DNA from: Alphaproteobacteria bacterium
GTDB lineage: Bacteria; Pseudomonadota; Alphaproteobacteria; UBA828
DNA: 64,000 bases
Direction of reading: 5' to 3'
Assembly (NCBI GenBank): GCA_965214705.1
Contig: CBDCCI010000001.1
Location: forward strand, 288,001-352,000
Positions within the stretch are counted from its first letter, which is position 1. Each line of letters opens with the position of its first letter. Position numbers and translations under genes: made by a program. This document shows positions 59,726-64,000 of this stretch, one piece after another. Under the pieces are notes generated by a model, which was not told where the DNA came from, searched no databases, and saw only the letters and a program-made list of their open reading frames with translations.

Positions 59726-60484
59726 CTACCCCCGCCCGATGAAGGGCATCGCCGTCGCCATCACGGTCATGAACTGAACGTTGGCATCGAGCGGCAGGCG
59801 CGCCATGTAGACCACCGCCTGGGCCACGTTCTCCACCGCCATGGTCGCCTCGGAGGCGATGGAGCCGTCGGCCTGCGGCACCCCCTGGCTCATGCGCTGG
59901 GTCATCTCGGTCGCCGCGTTGCCCACGTCGATCTGACCGCAGGCGATGTTGTACTTGCGCCCGTCGAGCGAGGTGGAGCGGGTGAGGCCGGTCACGGCGT
60001 GCTTGGTCGACGTGTAGGGCGCGGAGTTGGGCCGGGGCACGTGGGCGGAGATCGAGCCGTTGTTGATGATGCGCCCGCCCATGGGCTCCTGCGCCTTCAT
60101 GATGCGGAAGGCTTCCTGGGTGCAGAGGAAGATGCCGGTGAGGTTGGTATCGACCACCTGCTGCCACTTGTCGAAGCGGAGGTCCTCCAGCGGCACGGCC
60201 GGCGCGCTGATGCCGGCATTGTTGAAGAGCAGATCGAGCCGGCCGAACGCGGACATCGTTTCGGCGAAGAGCGCCGCGACTTGCTCTCGCTTGCCGACGT
60301 CGCAGGTCACGGCAATCGCCGTGTCCGCGCCCGCGTCGGCCTCGGCGATGGCTGCCTCCAGCGTATCCTGCCGGCGGCCGGAGAAGCCCACGGACCAGCC
60401 GTCCGCCAGCAGCGCGTGCGCCGCCGCCTTGCCGATGCCTTGCCCTGCGCCCGTGACGAGGGCGACCTTGCGATCCACGTTCAT
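59726..60484 (-). CDS. SDR family oxidoreductase
   Basis: [32 protein letters not shown]. Confidence 0.93.
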   Translation of the reverse strand: MNVDRKVALVTGAGQGIGKAAAHALLADGWSVGFSGRRQDTLEAAIAEADAGADTAIAVTCDVGKREQVAALFAETMSAFGRLDLLFNNAGISAPAVPLEDLRFDKWQQVVDTNLTGIFLCTQEAFRIMKAQEPMGGRIINNGSISAHVPRPNSAPYTSTKHAVTGLTRSTSLDGRKYNIACGQIDVGNAATEMTQRMSQGVPQADGSIASEATMAVENVAQAVVYMARLPLDANVQFMTVMATAMPFIGRG

Positions 60485-60587
60485 GGGCGATGTTCCCGCA
60501 TTCTTGCCGCCGGAGGCGGCGTGCATATCCGTTTCGAGGCGCCGCATATAGCATGGCGCCATACCATCGCGAAATCGGGCGGGAGTG

Positions 60588-62201
60588 TCATCGTGCGCGC
60601 TTGCGCGGGCGGAGATCGTGGCAGCCCGCAACCTCGCGCGGGTCGGTGCCCTCGGGGAAGAGCTTCACCTTCTGCACTTTCTGCGTGCTGGTGACTGGCA
60701 GCGTATCGAGAAACAGCAGGTAACCCGGCGCCTTGTAGTAGGCCAGCCGTTCCAGGCACATATCCTGCAGCGCCTCAGCCGCATCCCGATCCGCGCCCGC
60801 ACCTGGCGCCGGCACGATGCAGGCCATGACCTCCTCCTGGCGGAGCTCGTCGGGCACGGCGATGACCGCCGCCTGGGCCACGCGCTCGTCGGCCTGGAGC
60901 ACGGCCTCGACCTCGGCGGCGGCGATGTTCTCCCCGCTGCGGCGGATGATGTTCTTCTTGCGATCGACAAAGCAGAGCATGCCGTCGGCGGCCTGGGTCA
61001 CGACGTCGCCGGTGTGGAACCAGCCGCCCCGCCATGCCTCCTCGGTGGCCGCCGGGTCCTTCAGGTAGCCGGAGAAGAGACCGCTGCGCGGATTGTCGCC
61101 GGTCATCCGCAGCGTAAGCTCGCCCGGAGCGCCGGACGGCACCGCGCGGTCTTCGTCGTCCACCACCCGCACCTCGCAGCCGGAGAGCGGGCGGCCGAAG
61201 GCACGCGTGTCGGTCTGCCGCGGCTCGACGCTCGCCCAGGTGGGCATCGCAACCTCGGTCATGCCCCAGCCCTCGATCAGCGGAAAGCCGAAGCGCGCCT
61301 CGAAGGCCTCGTGGTGCTTGGGGTCGATGCCGGCGCCCGCACCGAAGCGGACGGCATGGGCACGGTCTTGCGGCCCCGGCGGCAGGCTGAGCAGCAGCGG
61401 CGGCATGATGCCCAGATAGTGGATGATCGTGGCCCCGGTAGCGGCTACATCGGCCCACCAGCTCCGGGGGTGGAAGCGGTCTGCCATGACGATGCAGCCG
61501 GCCGCGCTCAGCATCGCCATGCTGCCGATGGCGAGCGCGTTGGCGTGGTGGAGCGGCAGCGGGTTGAGCAGCCGCTCGCAGCCGTCGGCCAGCGCCATCA
61601 GGCCGCCGGCCTCCCGATACCAGCGGGCCGCGTTGAGGAAGTAGCGGTTGGTGAGGATGCAGCCCTTGGGTCGGCCGGTGGTGCCGGAGGTGTAGAGCAG
61701 CGCCGCCTCGTCATCGATGCTGGGTGCGCCGCCCACGCCTGCGCCGCCAGGAGGCGCCGGCAGCCGGGCCGGGAGAGCGGCGGCATCGACGATGGGCACC
61801 GAAGCGGCGCAGAGGCGGACCGCAGCCTCGACATCGGCCAGCCGCTCCGGCACCGAGACCACGAGCGCGGCCTCGGAGTGGTCGAGGAGATAGACCATCT
61901 CGTCCTGCAGGTAGGCCGGGTTGATGGGCACGATGCCGCAGCCGAGCGCGTTGAGCGCCCACCAGTGAAGGTGGAAATCAGGCCGGTTCTCCAGCAGCAG
62001 CGCGACGCGGTGGCCACGGCCGTAGCCTGCCGCGCGATAGAGGGCGCGGAGCGCCGCGACCCGCTCGCGCGCCACGCGGTAGCTGATCTCGACGCCGTCC
62101 GGATGGTAGGGCCTGCCCGCCATGGGCGGCGCGCAGAGGCAGCCGCCCTCCGGCACCCGCCGGGCCGCCGCCTCGAACAGGTCGAACACCGTCGCCGTCA
62201 T
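60588..62201 (-). CDS. AMP-forming acyl-CoA ligase (CaiC-like)
   Basis: [42 protein letters not shown]. Confidence 0.92.
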   Translation of the reverse strand: MTATVFDLFEAAARRVPEGGCLCAPPMAGRPYHPDGVEISYRVARERVAALRALYRAAGYGRGHRVALLLENRPDFHLHWWALNALGCGIVPINPAYLQDEMVYLLDHSEAALVVSVPERLADVEAAVRLCAASVPIVDAAALPARLPAPPGGAGVGGAPSIDDEAALLYTSGTTGRPKGCILTNRYFLNAARWYREAGGLMALADGCERLLNPLPLHHANALAIGSMAMLSAAGCIVMADRFHPRSWWADVAATGATIIHYLGIMPPLLLSLPPGPQDRAHAVRFGAGAGIDPKHHEAFEARFGFPLIEGWGMTEVAMPTWASVEPRQTDTRAFGRPLSGCEVRVVDDEDRAVPSGAPGELTLRMTGDNPRSGLFSGYLKDPAATEEAWRGGWFHTGDVVTQAADGMLCFVDRKKNIIRRSGENIAAAEVEAVLQADERVAQAAVIAVPDELRQEEVMACIVPAPGAGADRDAAEALQDMCLERLAYYKAPGYLLFLDTLPVTSTQKVQKVKLFPEGTDPREVAGCHDLRPRKRAR

Positions 62202-62299
62202 CGCCGCTCCGTTTGTTGACCGCCGCACCTGCGGGAAACTACCTTCTCGCCCGCCGATGACGCGTGCCGGACCCACCGGCCGCCGCCGGCGCGGAGACC

Positions 62300-63055
62300 A
62301 TGCCCATGGGCGCCATCGAGGACAAATTCTTCCACCAGCCCGCTGGCGAGGTGACGTTGCTGCCGCCGATCGATATCGACCTGGGGCGGACGGCGCTGAT
62401 CGTGATCGACATGCAATATCACGACGCCCACGCGGAACAAGGCGTCGTCGCCGCGCTGGAAAAGCTCTATCCGGGCTCCACCGCCTACTACGCCGAGCGA
62501 CTGTCGACGGTGGTGCCCGCCATCCGCCGCCTGCTCGACCACGCCCGCGCCACGAACCTCCAAGTGATCCACGTGGTGGTCGGCTCCAGCCACCGCGACC
62601 TGCGCGACTTCAACAAGCGGATGCGGCACTGGATTCTCGATTTGCAGGAACGCTCGGGCATGGCCGACTTCTACTGGACCGAATCGCCCACCTACCGGAT
62701 CCTCGAGGAGCTGACGCCGGCAGACGGCGAGACCGTGTTCCAGAAGCGGAGTTTTGGGGCCTTCAACAGCACCAATTTCGAGAACCTGCTGCGCGAGATG
62801 GGGATCGATACCCTGCTGGTTACCGGCTGCGTCACCAACTACTGCGTCGAGACCACCGTGCGCGACGCGGCGGACCGGGGCTTCGCGGTCGCGGTGATCG
62901 ACGAGGCGGTGGCGGGCTTCAGCCAGGAATCGCACGACGCGACGCTGGCCTCGCTCAGGGGCGGTTTCGCCGCGATGATCCCGACGGTCGCGGACACGGT
63001 GGCGATGCTGGACGAGCTCGCGGGCCGCAGCACTGCGCGCGCTGCAGCCGAGTAA
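62300..63055 (+). CDS. isochorismatase-family cysteine hydrolase
   Basis: ALIVIDMQ (Asp), QKRSFGAF (Lys), GCVTNYCVETTVRDA (Cys). Confidence 0.9.
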   Translation: MPMGAIEDKFFHQPAGEVTLLPPIDIDLGRTALIVIDMQYHDAHAEQGVVAALEKLYPGSTAYYAERLSTVVPAIRRLLDHARATNLQVIHVVVGSSHRDLRDFNKRMRHWILDLQERSGMADFYWTESPTYRILEELTPADGETVFQKRSFGAFNSTNFENLLREMGIDTLLVTGCVTNYCVETTVRDAADRGFAVAVIDEAVAGFSQESHDATLASLRGGFAAMIPTVADTVAMLDELAGRSTARAAAE

Positions 63056-63065
63056 GGGGCGAGGC

Positions 63066-63314
63066 ATGGGCAGTTTCTACGCGCCCGATCTTGGCCGCAA
63101 TCCGGACGATCCCTTCGCGCGCGATGCGGACGGCAAGCTGATCCGCCGCGCCTTCTGGCTCGACATGAGCGACCGCTCCCTGGTGCTGGCGATGACGCAA
63201 GGCATCGGCGCCGCGCTGAGCAACGATCACAAGCGCGCCCACCTCGCGGACATCGGCCGCGCCCACGTGATCGACCAAGTGTGCGTGCAGGAGATCCTGC
63301 CGCCCGAGAGATAG
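63066..63314 (+). CDS. hypothetical protein, 82 aa
   Basis: GAGG SD, host-like codon use, 10 nt after the hydrolase stop. Confidence 0.75.
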   Translation: MGSFYAPDLGRNPDDPFARDADGKLIRRAFWLDMSDRSLVLAMTQGIGAALSNDHKRAHLADIGRAHVIDQVCVQEILPPER

Positions 63315-63318
63315 AAGG

Positions 63319-64000
63319 CTACGGCTCCGCCGGTGTCTCCGGCTGGCGCCTGGCCGCGTGGATCAGCAGGGCAACGCCCGCCAGCATCAGCACCGCGGCG
63401 GCCCAGACGTAGGCGCTGTGGCTCTCCTGGAAGAAGAGAATGCCCCAGCCAAGGCCGGCCACCACCACCACGTAGTTGAACTGCGAGAAGAACACCGGGC
63501 CGGCCGCGCGCACGATGATCAGGAAGGTGATGTACATGGTGATGGTGACGCCAGCGGCGCCCAGGATCGCGAGATCGGCGACGGTGTCCGGCCCCGGCAC
63601 CACGTAGGTCTCGCCGAGCCCGATCATCACCGGCGCCAGCATGATCGCCGCCGCGGTCACGATGCCGCTCGCGAAGGTGAGCACCGGTGTCTCCGGCGGG
63701 TCGATCACGGCCGCGAGATTGTTGGTCAGCGCGAAGGAGGCGGGCGCCAGCAGGGCGAGCAGGAACCACACCACCATGCCGGGCTCGGGCAGGGAAAACG
63801 TCGGGATTGCCATCAGGAGGATGCCGACCACACCGCACAGCACGCCGATCAGGCTCAAGGCGCGCACCCGTTCCAGCCGGAGCGCGAGCGCGATCAGATA
63901 GGTGATGGGCGGCGAGAGGATCACCACCATGGAGAGGATGCCGGTCGGCAGCTTCGGCGCGAGCCAGGTGATCAGCGCGATCGGCGCGGCGATGCCGAAG
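63319..64000 (-). CDS. DMT/EamA family transporter (5' truncated by window)
   Basis: Multiple TMs, AGPVFFSQFNY, WGILFFQE; frame open to the window end. Confidence 0.85.
   Translation of the reverse strand, partial: FGIAAPIALITWLAPKLPTGILSMVVILSPPITYLIALALRLERVRALSLIGVLCGVVGILLMAIPTFSLPEPGMVVWFLLALLAPASFALTNNLAAVIDPPETPVLTFASGIVTAAAIMLAPVMIGLGETYVVPGPDTVADLAILGAAGVTITMYITFLIIVRAAGPVFFSQFNYVVVVAGLGWGILFFQESHSAYVWAAAVLMLAGVALLIHAARRQPETPAEP

Overview
High-GC alphaproteobacterial (Rhodospirillales-like) chromosomal backbone, almost entirely housekeeping. Gene order: lptD(3' end)-surA-rsmA, GNAT, gmk-yicC-mltG-fabF-acpP-(EamA)-fabG-fabD, rpsF-rpsR-rplI-cfa-dnaB, a small accessory block (MITE, RfaH-like NusG paralogue, ilvE, hydratase), mreBCD-mrdA-rodA, leuA-ilvC-ilvH-ilvI-miaA-DUF1015-DUF2065-hflCK, mrp, thyX, a circularly permuted tmRNA with sspB, SDR, aromatic amino acid decarboxylase, fumC, argB-engB-yidC-yidD-rnpA-rpmH, nudC, ygfZ, ppdK-glyS-glyQ, a glycosyltransferase pair, ridA-moaB-udg and a catabolic/transport cluster. 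I found no CRISPR array, prophage, integrase or transposase. The most interesting signals are in the non-coding DNA: (1) an apparently leaderless 12-codon Arg-rich uORF whose rare CGA codons can pair with the ribosome-binding region of a GNAT gene (candidate translational attenuator); (2) a second, diverged copy of the tmRNA tag domain and 3' structure directly behind ssrA; (3) an orphan RfaH-like antiterminator behind four 11-bp-phased LexA-like half-sites; (4) a 193-bp MITE with perfect 27-bp TIRs and an 8-bp TSD at the dnaB stop; (5) a family of 33-bp palindromes whose TAG ends are stop codons; (6) DnaA boxes before dnaB. Also notable are fumC lacking a canonical start codon, a YidC with a ~340-aa tail, and DUF1015 sitting where serB is usually found. 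All calls are by eye from sequence and motif recognition; no searches were run.
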